Assembly (NCBI GenBank): GCA_963697895.1
Contig: OY969100.1
Coordinates: 1,632,001-1,696,000, forward strand
From: an uncultured Methanomicrobiales archaeon
GTDB taxonomy: Archaea; Halobacteriota; Methanomicrobia; Methanomicrobiales; Methanospirillaceae
Direction: 5' to 3'
Length of the DNA: 64,000 nucleotides
Shown here: positions 10,823 through 20,838 of the stretch, piece after piece
Position numbering within the stretch: the stretch's first letter is position 1
Layout of the letters: each line of letters starts with the position of its first letter
Program-made: the position numbers and the translations under genes
Notes under the pieces: model-generated
Told to the model about the DNA's origin: nothing
Seen by the model: the letters and a program-made list of their open reading frames with translations, nothing else
Databases searched by the model: none

Positions 10823-12973
10823 TCATATGGATTCATCTGTTTCATCCGGTTCTTTTAACACGAGAAACCCCGCCCCGGCCAGATTTTCCCGAAATCCGGC
10901 TACATGAAACTGGTCTGTAAGTGACATCGAACGTATCGCCCAACCGGGCAACGCTATTCCAAATTTCCAGCGCTCAGGAGACTGTTCCGGGATTATGTTT
11001 TCGATCTCCTGTAGGGACATTTCTTGAATCTTCTTCAGTGCATCAACAAAATGTGCTGCCGGGTACGCCCGCGGGACATGAAGGATAAGAGAAAAATCAT
11101 CCAAACGTGAGCGAAGCTTTTGGTTCATGGCATCTTCCAGGCACAATCTCAGAATCATGTTAAAATTGCGTCCTTTACACGTCAGAATAACTAAATCTGT
11201 CCCTTTTTTCCCTTGGCGCTCCCAGACGTGAATTCCTTCGGGATGTATCCCTTCCGGAAATCCCGCAAGATATCGGGCAAGAATTTCCGTTTCTTCTCCC
11301 CCCATGGGGAGCGCCGTTCTCCCTCGCGCAAGTATTCTCCGGACTCCCTCACATACCGTCGGGGAAAAACCGGACTTCCCCCCAGTCCAGAATGTACCGG
11401 ATGCCTGTTCCTCACCGGGAAGAACAATAACCCGCTTATGGTTATCATCGGACTTCACCAGTTTCCAGCTTTCACCCCCGAGTGAGAAACTTCCTCCCCT
11501 GCGGCTGCTGATAAACCGTGCATCAAGCCTGCCGATGACCTCTCCGTCCGGAGTGACTGCCCGGTATTCACCTCCACCCGCAATAACCGAGAAGAGATCT
11601 TTCCAGTTCGATCTCCCGAATGTTCGTTCTGCTTCAGGCCCTAGAAATAAGAGATCTCCGTCGGAGAGCAGGTATCCGGTTGATATCAAATGGGTGAGTA
11701 TCATATCGAATGTCCGGGAGGAAATTTCCCGAAACGGTGCAAGCGTGAGAAGTGAGGTGTCGAGTTCCCTCCGGGATGTTCGTCCCGAGCGGTAAACGGA
11801 GAGGAGCAGCTGCTGGATAAGAACATTACAGGGGCGTTTGGGAGGTATGAGATCTTCTACCTCTTTTCTGCTCGCGCATTCGATAACTGCTGCCATACAC
11901 AGCAGTTCACAGGAATTTTTAAGAACACATGCTACATAGGGAGGTTTTTCCCTTCGTCCGCTCCTTCCCATCCGTTGGAGGAATGAGGAGACCGAAGGCG
12001 GAGGTCCGACCTGGACTACCACATCAAGGTCTCCGATATCGATCCCGAGTTCGAGCGTGCTCGTGCAGATGATGCAGGCGCTGCCGGCATGGCTGAACGC
12101 TTCCTCTGCAGCATGCCTGGATGCAGGCGAAAGTGACGAATGGTGGATGGAAAGCCCGGCGACCCGCTCCCGGAGGTGCCGGGAAAGATCCTCTGCCTCA
12201 CTTCGGCTGTTCACGAATACCAGGGCCTTTTTCCGGGTTACAATCCGCGCAATAGCCTCAGTTCGCCGCTTGTCATTGGGTTCTACAGTAAAAGAAAATT
12301 GTTTCTCGCGGGGAGGAATCGGAATACTGACGAGTTTCCCCGGATAGTTATCTGACCCCAGCCACAAGAGAACCTTATCGGGATTCCCTACAGTTGCAGA
12401 AAGTCCTATTCGCTGGACATGACCGCCGGCAATTCTGTCGAGGCGGTCGAGGAGCGCGATGAGATGAATTCCCCGCTCCGATTCCATCAGTGCATGCACT
12501 TCATCGATAATGATCGCCCGCAGGTTCCCAAGATCCCGGGCGAGAACCCGTTCCAGCAGAAGCACTTCGAGCGATTCAGGTGTGATCATGAGGATATGAG
12601 GGGGTTCTCCCTGTGGCCATGTACGGTCTCCTTTGGGTACATCACCATGCCATTTCATCACTTCAAGGCCTGTCGGTAAGCAGAATGCCGAGAACCTCTC
12701 CTCCTGATCATTGATCAGAGCTTTGAGCGGGGATATATAAAGCACAGCAACCCCTTCACTCCCCTCCTTGAGGACCCGGTCTATGACCGGGATCAGGGCT
12801 GCTTCGGTCTTCCCCCCTGCTGTCGGCGCAACGACAAGTGTGTCCTGACCCGAGCAGACTGCAACGTATGTCGATTCCTGAACTTCCCGGAGGATGCTCC
12901 ACCCCAGCCTGTGGAGGAGTACCAGCTGAAGTGATTCATGCAGGGTCTCAAAGATCGATGGCACGGTCTTCAT
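10823..12973 (-). CDS. Lhr-like DEAD/DEAH-box helicase
   Basis: APTAGGKT, SPLKALINDQ, TPESLE, DEVH, LSATVGN, TSTLELGIDIG, QRMGRSGRR. Confidence 0.9.
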   Translation of the reverse strand: MKTVPSIFETLHESLQLVLLHRLGWSILREVQESTYVAVCSGQDTLVVAPTAGGKTEAALIPVIDRVLKEGSEGVAVLYISPLKALINDQEERFSAFCLPTGLEVMKWHGDVPKGDRTWPQGEPPHILMITPESLEVLLLERVLARDLGNLRAIIIDEVHALMESERGIHLIALLDRLDRIAGGHVQRIGLSATVGNPDKVLLWLGSDNYPGKLVSIPIPPREKQFSFTVEPNDKRRTEAIARIVTRKKALVFVNSRSEAEDLSRHLRERVAGLSIHHSSLSPASRHAAEEAFSHAGSACIICTSTLELGIDIGDLDVVVQVGPPPSVSSFLQRMGRSGRREKPPYVACVLKNSCELLCMAAVIECASRKEVEDLIPPKRPCNVLIQQLLLSVYRSGRTSRRELDTSLLTLAPFREISSRTFDMILTHLISTGYLLSDGDLLFLGPEAERTFGRSNWKDLFSVIAGGGEYRAVTPDGEVIGRLDARFISSRRGGSFSLGGESWKLVKSDDNHKRVIVLPGEEQASGTFWTGGKSGFSPTVCEGVRRILARGRTALPMGGEETEILARYLAGFPEGIHPEGIHVWERQGKKGTDLVILTCKGRNFNMILRLCLEDAMNQKLRSRLDDFSLILHVPRAYPAAHFVDALKKIQEMSLQEIENIIPEQSPERWKFGIALPGWAIRSMSLTDQFHVAGFRENLAGAGFLVLKEPDETDESI

Positions 12974-13214
12974 CCACCATTGGTGAGGAATAGTTATCTC
13001 TTTTCGGATGCGAACGGGGGCGATTGCAAACGTCTTATATATAGCAAAAAGGAAGGATTTAGCAAGGTAAACTCATGTCTGTTCCAATCGGTTTCGACAA
13101 TTCTTTGAGGATACAGATAACAGGCACATTTTTCTCCCTTTTTAGATAGGGGACCAGAATCGCTGGATCCCCCGTAAAGGCACAATAAAAGAGTTTACCG
13201 GATGGTGTTTCAAC

Positions 13215-13325
13215 ATGTTAGGAATCTCTGACTCACAGATAATCATCGCATACGGGCTGTCAATCGGCCTTGCCATAATCTGTATGATATACGGATTATT
13301 GAACTGGAACAAGGGAGGGGTTTGA
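13215..13325 (+). CDS. Symporter small accessory protein (36 aa)
   Basis: Manual translation MLGISDSQIIIAYGLSIGLAIICMIYGLLNWNKGGV*; single TM; directly before the SSS gene. Confidence 0.85.
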   Translation: MLGISDSQIIIAYGLSIGLAIICMIYGLLNWNKGGV

Positions 13326-13330
13326 TACGG

Positions 13331-14905
13331 ATGGCAGTAAACTCTGCAACCCTCATTGTGGTAATCCTGGTCTATCTCGCAATCATCTTTTACCTCGGCT
13401 GGCTGGGGTATAAGAAAACCAAGGGCCACGAGGACTATCTCGTCGCGGGAAGAGAGGTCCATCCCGTGATCATCGCATTGTCGTATGGTGCGACATTCAT
13501 CAGTACTTCCGCAATTGTAGGATTCGGAGGGCAGGCGGCGAATCTCGGCATGGGTCTGATATGGCTGACCGTCCTGAATATCGGCATCGGGATCCTGCTT
13601 GCCTTTGTCATATTCGGGAAGAAGACACGTGAGATTGGACAACGGTTGCAGGCAGTAACCTTCCCTGACCTCATGGGAAAGATCTACCGCTCCCAGTTCA
13701 TGCGAATCGCATCAGGAATTGTCATCATCATCGGCATGCCCCTGTATACGGCTGCAGGACCGATTGGAGGAGCCCAGTTTATCAGAGAAACCATCGGCAT
13801 TTCCTATAGCAGCTCCCTTATCGGTTTTGCGATCATTGTCGCAGTATATGTTATCTTTGGAGGGCTGATTGCCGTCATGTACACCGATGCGGTCCAGGGC
13901 GGGATCATGCTTGTCGGAATGACCATCCTTTTAATTGCCACGTATCTGATCCTCGGAGGGGTAACGGTCGCAAACAGTGCCCTTACCGCCCTGGCACCCC
14001 TTGTCCCTGACAGTCTGGCAAAAGGAGGAATGACGGGGTGGACCTCAATGCCCCTTTTTGGATCTCCAGTCTGGCTAACTATGATCACCACGCTTGTTCT
14101 CGGCGTGGGCATAGGAGTCCTCGCCCAACCGCAGCTGGTGGTCCGTTTCATGACCGCAAAAGACAGCAGGACATTGAACCGTGCTGTCCTCGTCGGCGGA
14201 CCGTTCATCCTCATGATGACCGGCGTAGCGTTCACGGTGGGTGCGCTCACGAACGTCTACTTCTTCCGGACGGCAGGAACGATCGCCATCCAGGCTGCGG
14301 GAGGCAATGTCGATACCATCATCCCTATTTTCATCAATCAGGCTATGCCAGAATGGTTTGTTGTTATTTTCATGGTCACCCTTCTGGCAGCTGCCATGTC
14401 CACAATGAGTTCCCTCTTTCATGCGATGGGAACGGCACTGATCTGTGATCTATGGGGAAGGGGCCGCGAGTGTGGTCTTTCTGTTCGAAGAAACCAAATG
14501 GGGGTTCTGATCATGATCGTGGTCAGCGTCACTGTCGCATTCCTTATGCCGGTAAGCATTATCGCGGTCGCCACCGCGATGTTTATGGGACTCTGTGCCT
14601 CAGCATTCCTCCCGGTATTTGCGGTTGCGGTATATACGAAAAGGCCTGATCATACAGCGGCTAAGGCAAGTCTCGTTACCGGTGCCGTCATCTGGTTCTT
14701 GTGGGCGCTCTTTGTCAATACCCGGTATGCCACCGTATTCGGGCTATGCAAAGCCATCTACGGAGTTCCAAGCCTTCTCGGGTCTCCCTGGTCGTTTATA
14801 GACCCGCTCGTTATCGCTCTTCCCCTTTCAGCGCTCGTTATAGTCGTTCTGCAGGTCCGTTCTGTTCGGCAGTTAAAACAGGAAAGCACACCGTCTCCGG
14901 TATAA
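13331..14905 (+). CDS. Sodium:solute symporter family protein
   Basis: DYLVAGR, SYGATFISTSAIVGFGG, AQPQLVVRFM, LLAAAMST; many TM helices. Confidence 0.92.
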   Translation: MAVNSATLIVVILVYLAIIFYLGWLGYKKTKGHEDYLVAGREVHPVIIALSYGATFISTSAIVGFGGQAANLGMGLIWLTVLNIGIGILLAFVIFGKKTREIGQRLQAVTFPDLMGKIYRSQFMRIASGIVIIIGMPLYTAAGPIGGAQFIRETIGISYSSSLIGFAIIVAVYVIFGGLIAVMYTDAVQGGIMLVGMTILLIATYLILGGVTVANSALTALAPLVPDSLAKGGMTGWTSMPLFGSPVWLTMITTLVLGVGIGVLAQPQLVVRFMTAKDSRTLNRAVLVGGPFILMMTGVAFTVGALTNVYFFRTAGTIAIQAAGGNVDTIIPIFINQAMPEWFVVIFMVTLLAAAMSTMSSLFHAMGTALICDLWGRGRECGLSVRRNQMGVLIMIVVSVTVAFLMPVSIIAVATAMFMGLCASAFLPVFAVAVYTKRPDHTAAKASLVTGAVIWFLWALFVNTRYATVFGLCKAIYGVPSLLGSPWSFIDPLVIALPLSALVIVVLQVRSVRQLKQESTPSPV

Positions 14906-14944
14906 CTTTCCCTTTTTTGAGGGGTCCCGGGTTACCCTCCTCCA

Positions 14945-15517
14945 TCACTGACCCTGAGGATACCCTTGCCACCGTTTATACAGCTGATGATCGATCCTGA
15001 GCATATCCAGCACTTTTCCCACGATGTGATTGACCAGGTCATCGATTGTCTCCGGCCGGTGATAAAACCCTGGAGATGCTGGGAGAATCATGACACCCGC
15101 ACTCGAAAGGGTGAGCATGTTCTTTAGGTGGATCTGATTGAAGGGGGTCTCTCTCGGTACGAGAATAAGGGGCCGTTTCTCTTTCAGGGTGCAGTCAGAC
15201 GCGCGAAGAAGGAGATTGTCCGCAAAGCCGCAGGCGATGCCGGATACCGTCTTCATACTGCAGGGTATGATGATCATTCCCTCATGCCGGAAACTACCAC
15301 TTGCGAGGGGAGATGTCATATCCATGCTCTCGTGGACCCGGGATGCAAGCCGCCGGACTTCATCCGCCTGAAAACACGTCTCGATTGCGATCATCTCCTC
15401 TGCGGTGCGGGTCATGACCAGATGAGTCTCGATTCCAAGCTCCTTTCCCACTTCCAGCAGCCGGATTCCATATATGATCCCGCTTGCTCCGGATAACCCC
15501 ACGATCAGCTTCATCAT
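14945..15517 (-). CDS. ubiX: Flavin prenyltransferase UbiX
   Basis: GLSGASG, LASGSF, PCSMKT, LKEKRPLILVPRETP, PGFYHRP. Confidence 0.93.
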   Translation of the reverse strand: MMKLIVGLSGASGIIYGIRLLEVGKELGIETHLVMTRTAEEMIAIETCFQADEVRRLASRVHESMDMTSPLASGSFRHEGMIIIPCSMKTVSGIACGFADNLLLRASDCTLKEKRPLILVPRETPFNQIHLKNMLTLSSAGVMILPASPGFYHRPETIDDLVNHIVGKVLDMLRIDHQLYKRWQGYPQGQ

Positions 15518-15638
15518 TATACCTGTAAAGACTGGTATATCGTAATCAACCCATGAAGATATGCCTTTTCGTACTATTCCTTAAAAGAGCGAAGATCATG
15601 TTGTGAAAAATTATATTAAATATTTGGCGTTATGGCCA

Positions 15639-16043
15639 TTATTCGGGCAGACTAAATGCCCGTTTAATCTTCGCTTTCAGTGCCTCTTTTCCATAGGCCC
15701 CCACTACCCTGTCAACCATCTTCCCATGTGAGAAAAAAAGTATGGTTGGAATCGCGGTTATTCCAAATCGGGTTGCAAGACGCGAATTTTCATCCGTGTT
15801 GCATTTTCCGAAGGAAACCTGACCGGCCATCTCCCCGGCCAGCTCTTCGACGATCGGAGAAACCATGCGACACGGTCCACACCAGTCAGCCCAGAAATCG
15901 ATAACCAGTTGCGGGTACTCCCCGACGGCCTCGGCAAAGTGCGCTTCGTCGATCGGAATCACGGTAGGGTTACCTTTATTCGCCATTTTTTCCTGCATTT
16001 CACGGAGTTTCTTATCACGTATCTGTTCCAGATCATCAGCCAT
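15639..16043 (-). CDS. trxA: Thioredoxin
   Basis: DFWADWCGPC active site. Confidence 0.93.
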   Translation of the reverse strand: MADDLEQIRDKKLREMQEKMANKGNPTVIPIDEAHFAEAVGEYPQLVIDFWADWCGPCRMVSPIVEELAGEMAGQVSFGKCNTDENSRLATRFGITAIPTILFFSHGKMVDRVVGAYGKEALKAKIKRAFSLPE

Positions 16044-16154
16044 GAAGTAATCGTATGGCTATGAAAACGTTTAAGCTCTGTGGCCATGCGTTGAACGGCA
16101 GCCGGAATGGGTTAACTATATCAGCGCAGATTGTCAATATCAATACCTCATAAA

Positions 16155-16229
16155 AGCGAGGTAGGGTAGTCAGGATATCCCGACGGGCTCATAACCCGTA
16201 GACCGATGGTTCAAATCCATCCCTCGCTA
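16155..16229 (+). tRNA. tRNA-Met(CAT), initiator type
   Basis: Acceptor AGCGAGG/CCTCGCT with A1:U72; anticodon arm ACGGG-CTCATAA-CCCGT with three G:C pairs; T-arm GATGG-TTCAAAT-CCATC; CCA not encoded. Confidence 0.95.
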
Positions 16230-16231
16230 CT

Positions 16232-16255
16232 ATTCTTTTTTTTTTAAAAAAAATT
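16232..16255. terminator. Bidirectional oligo-T terminator (T-run then A-run) between tRNA-iMet and purF
   Basis: TTCTTTTTTTTTTAAAAAAAA between convergent genes. Confidence 0.65.
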
Positions 16256-16261
16256 ACGTGA

Positions 16262-17689
16262 TTAGAGATCTGCTTCGAATGATTCGAGTTTTGCCTGGTA
16301 CGTTCCTTCAACAAAGTCCACCACCGGCGTTTCTGAGTTCTCTCCGGTAATAGGGAGGGGATAACACCCAAGAAGGCATCCTGTGCAGAGGCTTTCCCGA
16401 GGAAGACCGATCGCGTTCACCAGGGCATCGAGCGAGATATGGTGCAATGAGGCGGCCGTGATCCGCTTCCGCACCTCCTCTTCTTCTTTATCGCTTGCGA
16501 TCAATTCTGCCCGTGTTGGCATATCGACCCCGAGATAGCACGGTGCCCGAATCTGGGGAGAACCTATCCGCACATGTATCTCCCGGGCGCCCGCCTCATG
16601 CATGATATCTATGATCCTCCGGGATGTCGTGCCTCGAACAATACTGTCATCGACGAGCACGACAGATTTTCCTTTCAGATGTTCCCTGATAGGATTCAGT
16701 TTGATCCGGACCGCTTTTTCGCGTTCGGTCTGGGAGGGCATAATGAAAGTTCGACCCATATAGCGGTTTTTCATGAGACTTTCGACGAAGGGAATCCCTG
16801 AACGCTGTGAAAACCCGATCGCATATGCAGTTCCTGAGTCCGGAACGGGACAGACACTATCTGTGGTCACTGGTGCCTCTTCATAGAGTTTTCTCCCTAT
16901 ATTCCGCCGAACATCATAGACGAGCGCACCGTCGAGAACAGAATCCGCCCGCGCAAAATAAATATATTCAAAGATACAATGGGCCCGCCTGCTCGCGATA
17001 GCAATCTGTATGGCCTGCATGCCTTCCCCATCGATTCGGATCAGCTCACCGGGGTGTACATCCCTGATAAATGCGCCATTAAGGGCATCTACAGCCACGC
17101 TCTCTGAGGCAATAATGTACCCCTCGCCGGTTTTTCCCATGCAGAGCGGTTTAATCCCCAGGGGATCCCTGAAGGCATACAGGACGCCATCGATCATGAG
17201 AACCACTGCATAGGAGCCTTTGAGCATCCGCATGCAGTGATGGACTGCATCTTCTATGCATATGCCATTCCGGAGTTCATCGGTGAGAACCTTGGCGATT
17301 ATCTCTGTATCCGTCGTGGTACAGAAGATCTGCCCACGCTGTTCATATTCATGGCGCAATTCCTCTGTATTTACCAGATTCCCGTTATGGGCAATGGAAA
17401 TGATATGATCCCTGAAAAAAAATGTGAAAGGCTGAACATTTTCCGGTCGGTTCGCACCGGTGGTCGGGTATCGTACATGACCGATCCCGACCGTCCCCTG
17501 GAGTCCCTTCAGGATATCCGGATTAAATACTTCGGCGACCAGTCCCCTTGCCTTATGTTTGTGCAGGCACATGCCATCATACGTGACAATTCCTGCACTC
17601 TCCTGACCGCGATGCTGAAGAGCGTACAGGGCATAATAAATGGAGAGGGATACACCGCCAGCATCCACGATGCCAACGATACCGCACAT
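16262..17689 (-). CDS. purF: Amidophosphoribosyltransferase
   Basis: MCGIVG, LQHRGQESAG, CIFEYIYFAR, VDDSIVRGTT. Confidence 0.97.
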   Translation of the reverse strand: MCGIVGIVDAGGVSLSIYYALYALQHRGQESAGIVTYDGMCLHKHKARGLVAEVFNPDILKGLQGTVGIGHVRYPTTGANRPENVQPFTFFFRDHIISIAHNGNLVNTEELRHEYEQRGQIFCTTTDTEIIAKVLTDELRNGICIEDAVHHCMRMLKGSYAVVLMIDGVLYAFRDPLGIKPLCMGKTGEGYIIASESVAVDALNGAFIRDVHPGELIRIDGEGMQAIQIAIASRRAHCIFEYIYFARADSVLDGALVYDVRRNIGRKLYEEAPVTTDSVCPVPDSGTAYAIGFSQRSGIPFVESLMKNRYMGRTFIMPSQTEREKAVRIKLNPIREHLKGKSVVLVDDSIVRGTTSRRIIDIMHEAGAREIHVRIGSPQIRAPCYLGVDMPTRAELIASDKEEEEVRKRITAASLHHISLDALVNAIGLPRESLCTGCLLGCYPLPITGENSETPVVDFVEGTYQAKLESFEADL

Positions 17690-17701
17690 GTTCCGACTCT
17701 T

Positions 17702-17884
17702 TTAATGGGTGGGGATCTTTGGTCGCTTTGTCAGCCACTTATAACCGCGTAATTTCGTGCTTCTTCCGAAACCACAGGCGGAACAGACTTTATGTCGGGC
17801 GTGGTACGAGATGCTGCCACACCGTCGGCATGCGATATGTGTCTTGTTCTGCCTTTTCCCCATGGATGGAGTACCCTTTGACAT
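17702..17884 (-). CDS. rpl37e: 50S ribosomal protein L37e
   Basis: [16 protein letters not shown]...CSACGFG. Confidence 0.97.
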   Translation of the reverse strand: MSKGTPSMGKRQNKTHIACRRCGSISYHARHKVCSACGFGRSTKLRGYKWLTKRPKIPTH

Positions 17885-17899
17885 GATCTAACCTCTCCT

Positions 17900-18175
<276 letters not shown>

Positions 18176-18337
18176 TCAAGATAAAGGTAGCGTCATGCAC
18201 AGGAGATCTATGATCTCCATTCCCGCAGAACGATCCACTTTGGACCGCAATTTTGGGAAAAAAATTCCTGAAAATACCCTATTCTCTCGTTGATATATTT
18301 TTACCCGAGAAACGCAGACGTACCTCACGATGCATCA

Positions 18338-18835
18338 ATGGCAAAGATTCAACTAAAAAAACGCCACCCGATCGGTAAGAGTGACGTTGTACGGCTGTTT
18401 GGCCGGCTCCGGGAGGAGTTAGGGGACGAGGCGGGCCTCTTCGTGAAGCAGCGGGTGGAGATCGTTGAGACAAACACCGATCTCGTAATATTTCTTATCG
18501 ATAAAAAACCCGTGATTATGGATCTTCGCGGGGTTATTTTCCCGACGCTCCGCGGCGCATTGGAACACCCTTTTGCAGGACGCCGGCTGACCGTTGACTC
18601 TGGAGCCGTCAGTTTCGTGGTGAACGGTGCAGACGTTATGCGGCCCGGGGTGGTCTCCGTCACTGATGATGTCCGGGCGGGCAGTCCTGTTCAGATTGTG
18701 GAGGAACGGCATGGAAAACCGATTGCGATAGGAATCGCCCTCTTTACTGCCGACGAGATCCGTGCACGGGAAACCGGGAAGGTATGCAGGAACATACATC
18801 ATGTGGGTGATGAAATCTGGACATTGGACTTCTGA
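18338..18835 (+). CDS. PUA-domain RNA-binding protein
   Basis: VDSGAVSFVVNGADVMRPGV, HHVGDEIW. Confidence 0.9.
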   Translation: MAKIQLKKRHPIGKSDVVRLFGRLREELGDEAGLFVKQRVEIVETNTDLVIFLIDKKPVIMDLRGVIFPTLRGALEHPFAGRRLTVDSGAVSFVVNGADVMRPGVVSVTDDVRAGSPVQIVEERHGKPIAIGIALFTADEIRARETGKVCRNIHHVGDEIWTLDF

Positions 18836-18944
18836 TCTCAGTTTCTGCATTGATCAAATTACCAGATCTGTATCCATATGACAGGAAAATGCGGGATTTT
18901 CATGATAGATACTATTAAATAAATCCCAATACACAATTTTTCGT

Positions 18945-19316
18945 ATGGCAAAGATACTGGATACTCTCCTGGGACGTACATCGACGACCTCGGAGGATGA
19001 TTATATGGACCTCGATCTCGCCTCATATGAAGAAGAAGAGGCCGGAGCACCTGCGCTCTATGTAAAGATTGCAACAGTCAGCGATATAAAGGATAGTCCG
19101 AAGATAAAGGATGAAGTATATAATGGTAATATTGTCATTGCTGATATCTCGCGTCTGAAAATGGACAAAGTCATGTACGAGCGGGTTTTAAAAGACCTGA
19201 AAGAAGTAGCAAAAGATGTGAATGGCGATATTATCGGGCTTGGAGACCAGCGGTATGTGGTCATTACGCCGATGTCGGTAAAGATATCCCGGGACAAGAT
19301 CGGCGGGGTTGTGTAG
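18945..19316 (+). CDS. sepF: Cell division protein SepF
   Basis: IKDEVYNGNIVIADI...VNGDIIG..YVVITP; PUA-sepF-ZPR1 synteny. Confidence 0.88.
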   Translation: MAKILDTLLGRTSTTSEDDYMDLDLASYEEEEAGAPALYVKIATVSDIKDSPKIKDEVYNGNIVIADISRLKMDKVMYERVLKDLKEVAKDVNGDIIGLGDQRYVVITPMSVKISRDKIGGVV

Positions 19317-19840
19317 TGCGGACGGTCGTGCCCGGTCCGTGCCCGATTTGCAATACAGAGGTTGAATATATCTACCAGACAGAAAATATCCCCTATTTTT
19401 CTGATATTCTTATTATCCGTGCAATGTGCGACAACTGCGGGTACCGATATGTGGACACGCAGGTGCTGACGGAGTCGGAGCCTTCCTGCTGGGAAATAGC
19501 GGTAACTTCTCCCGAAGATCTTAGTGTACGGATCGTCCGCAGTATGTCAGGTACGATACGCATCCCGGAGTTGGGAGTCCGGATAGATCCGGGTGTCGCC
19601 TGTGAGGGATTTGTGAGCAATGTCGAAGGTATCCTCTGTCGTATCGAGCAGATCATTGACATGGTGATCAGATCGGCCGATCACGAACAGCGGGAGGCCG
19701 CTCTTTCACTAAAAAAGAAGATCGCCGGTGTCAGGGAAGGGGTTATGCCCATGACCCTGATCATCGAGGATCCCTCCGGCAACAGCGTTATCATCGCGGA
19801 CAAGGCAAAAAAGACCGAATATTGTGAGGAGTCCGGATGA
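19316..19840 (+). CDS. ZPR1 zinc-finger protein
   Basis: CPIC...IPYF...CDNCGY, IPELG, SNVEG, IEDPSGNS. Confidence 0.92.
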   Translation: MRTVVPGPCPICNTEVEYIYQTENIPYFSDILIIRAMCDNCGYRYVDTQVLTESEPSCWEIAVTSPEDLSVRIVRSMSGTIRIPELGVRIDPGVACEGFVSNVEGILCRIEQIIDMVIRSADHEQREAALSLKKKIAGVREGVMPMTLIIEDPSGNSVIIADKAKKTEYCEESG

Positions 19841-19845
19841 GCGGG

Positions 19846-20838
19846 CTACAGGATCTCCTCATCGCGCAGCCGGACACCTGGTTCCGGGATAATTTCGCCG
19901 ACAACTCGTGAACCAGGGATTTCCATAAGGATTGGTGGCACACTCACATCCGGAACAACATAGGCATACCCCATCCCCATGTTGAAGGTCCGGTACATTT
20001 CTGTTTCCGGTATGCCGGCTGATTCCGCCATCCAAGTGAAAAGTTTCTGAGGCTTCAAAGGATTCCTGATATCGAACCCGAACCTGCTGAGCCGCAGGAA
20101 ATTCAGGAGTCCGCCACCGGTTATGTGGCACATGCCGTTCACACGGACCTTCTGTGAAACAGTCAGGCTCTCGTGGTAAATCCGGGTCGGTACCAGGAGC
20201 TCCTCTCCTATTGTCCTTCCGTTTCCACACGGTTCATCATAATCCGAATGCTGCTCGACCACTCGTCGCGCAAGGGTCAGACCGTTGCTATGTATTCCAC
20301 TCGAGGGGACACCGATAATCCGGTCTCCAGGGCGGATTCTCTCTCCGGTGACGATTTTGTCCTTCTCCTGAACACCAAGGCACGTTCCGGCCAGATCAAC
20401 CCCGGTAATCAGGCCCCTGAGGGTTGCCGTCTCTCCGCCAACAATATTAATATTCGCCCTCATTGCTCCCTCGTTAAGCCCAATCCCGATTTGGGACATT
20501 TTCTCGGAAGAGAGGCGATCTGTCGCAATATAGTCGACAAAAGCGATAGGTTCGACATTCATCACGTAGAGATCGTTCACGTTCATCGCAATGCAGTCGA
20601 TTCCGACCGTTGTCCAGTTCTGGAGATGGTCTGCAACCAACATCTTTGTCCCCACGCCGTCTGTTGTCAGGGCAAAGATCTTCTTACCACCGTCGATGAG
20701 ACCGGCAAAGTGCCCGACATCTCCCATCATCCGGTAGTCACCGCTCCGCCTGAAGGTGATCTGCCGGAGAAGGGCCTTGATCGCATCCGCCTCCAGTCCT
20801 ATATCTACCCCGGCCTCACGGTAGGCATGTTCACTCAT
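19846..20838 (-). CDS. purM: Phosphoribosylformylglycinamidine cyclo-ligase
   Basis: YREAGVDI, TDGVGTK, GGETA, SSGIHSNG, HITGGG, TFNMGMG. Confidence 0.96.
   Translation of the reverse strand: MSEHAYREAGVDIGLEADAIKALLRQITFRRSGDYRMMGDVGHFAGLIDGGKKIFALTTDGVGTKMLVADHLQNWTTVGIDCIAMNVNDLYVMNVEPIAFVDYIATDRLSSEKMSQIGIGLNEGAMRANINIVGGETATLRGLITGVDLAGTCLGVQEKDKIVTGERIRPGDRIIGVPSSGIHSNGLTLARRVVEQHSDYDEPCGNGRTIGEELLVPTRIYHESLTVSQKVRVNGMCHITGGGLLNFLRLSRFGFDIRNPLKPQKLFTWMAESAGIPETEMYRTFNMGMGYAYVVPDVSVPPILMEIPGSRVVGEIIPEPGVRLRDEEIL

Noticed and set aside
13142-13642. 166-aa minus-strand ORF
   Set aside because: Antisense to the accessory peptide and symporter genes
14945-15517. ubiX without adjacent ubiD
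   Set aside because: Ordinary in archaea, where prFMN serves unlinked UbiD-family enzymes such as the mevalonate-pathway decarboxylase
16155-16229. tRNA as an integration site
   Set aside because: No duplicated tRNA 3' end noticed in the window; flanked by core genes
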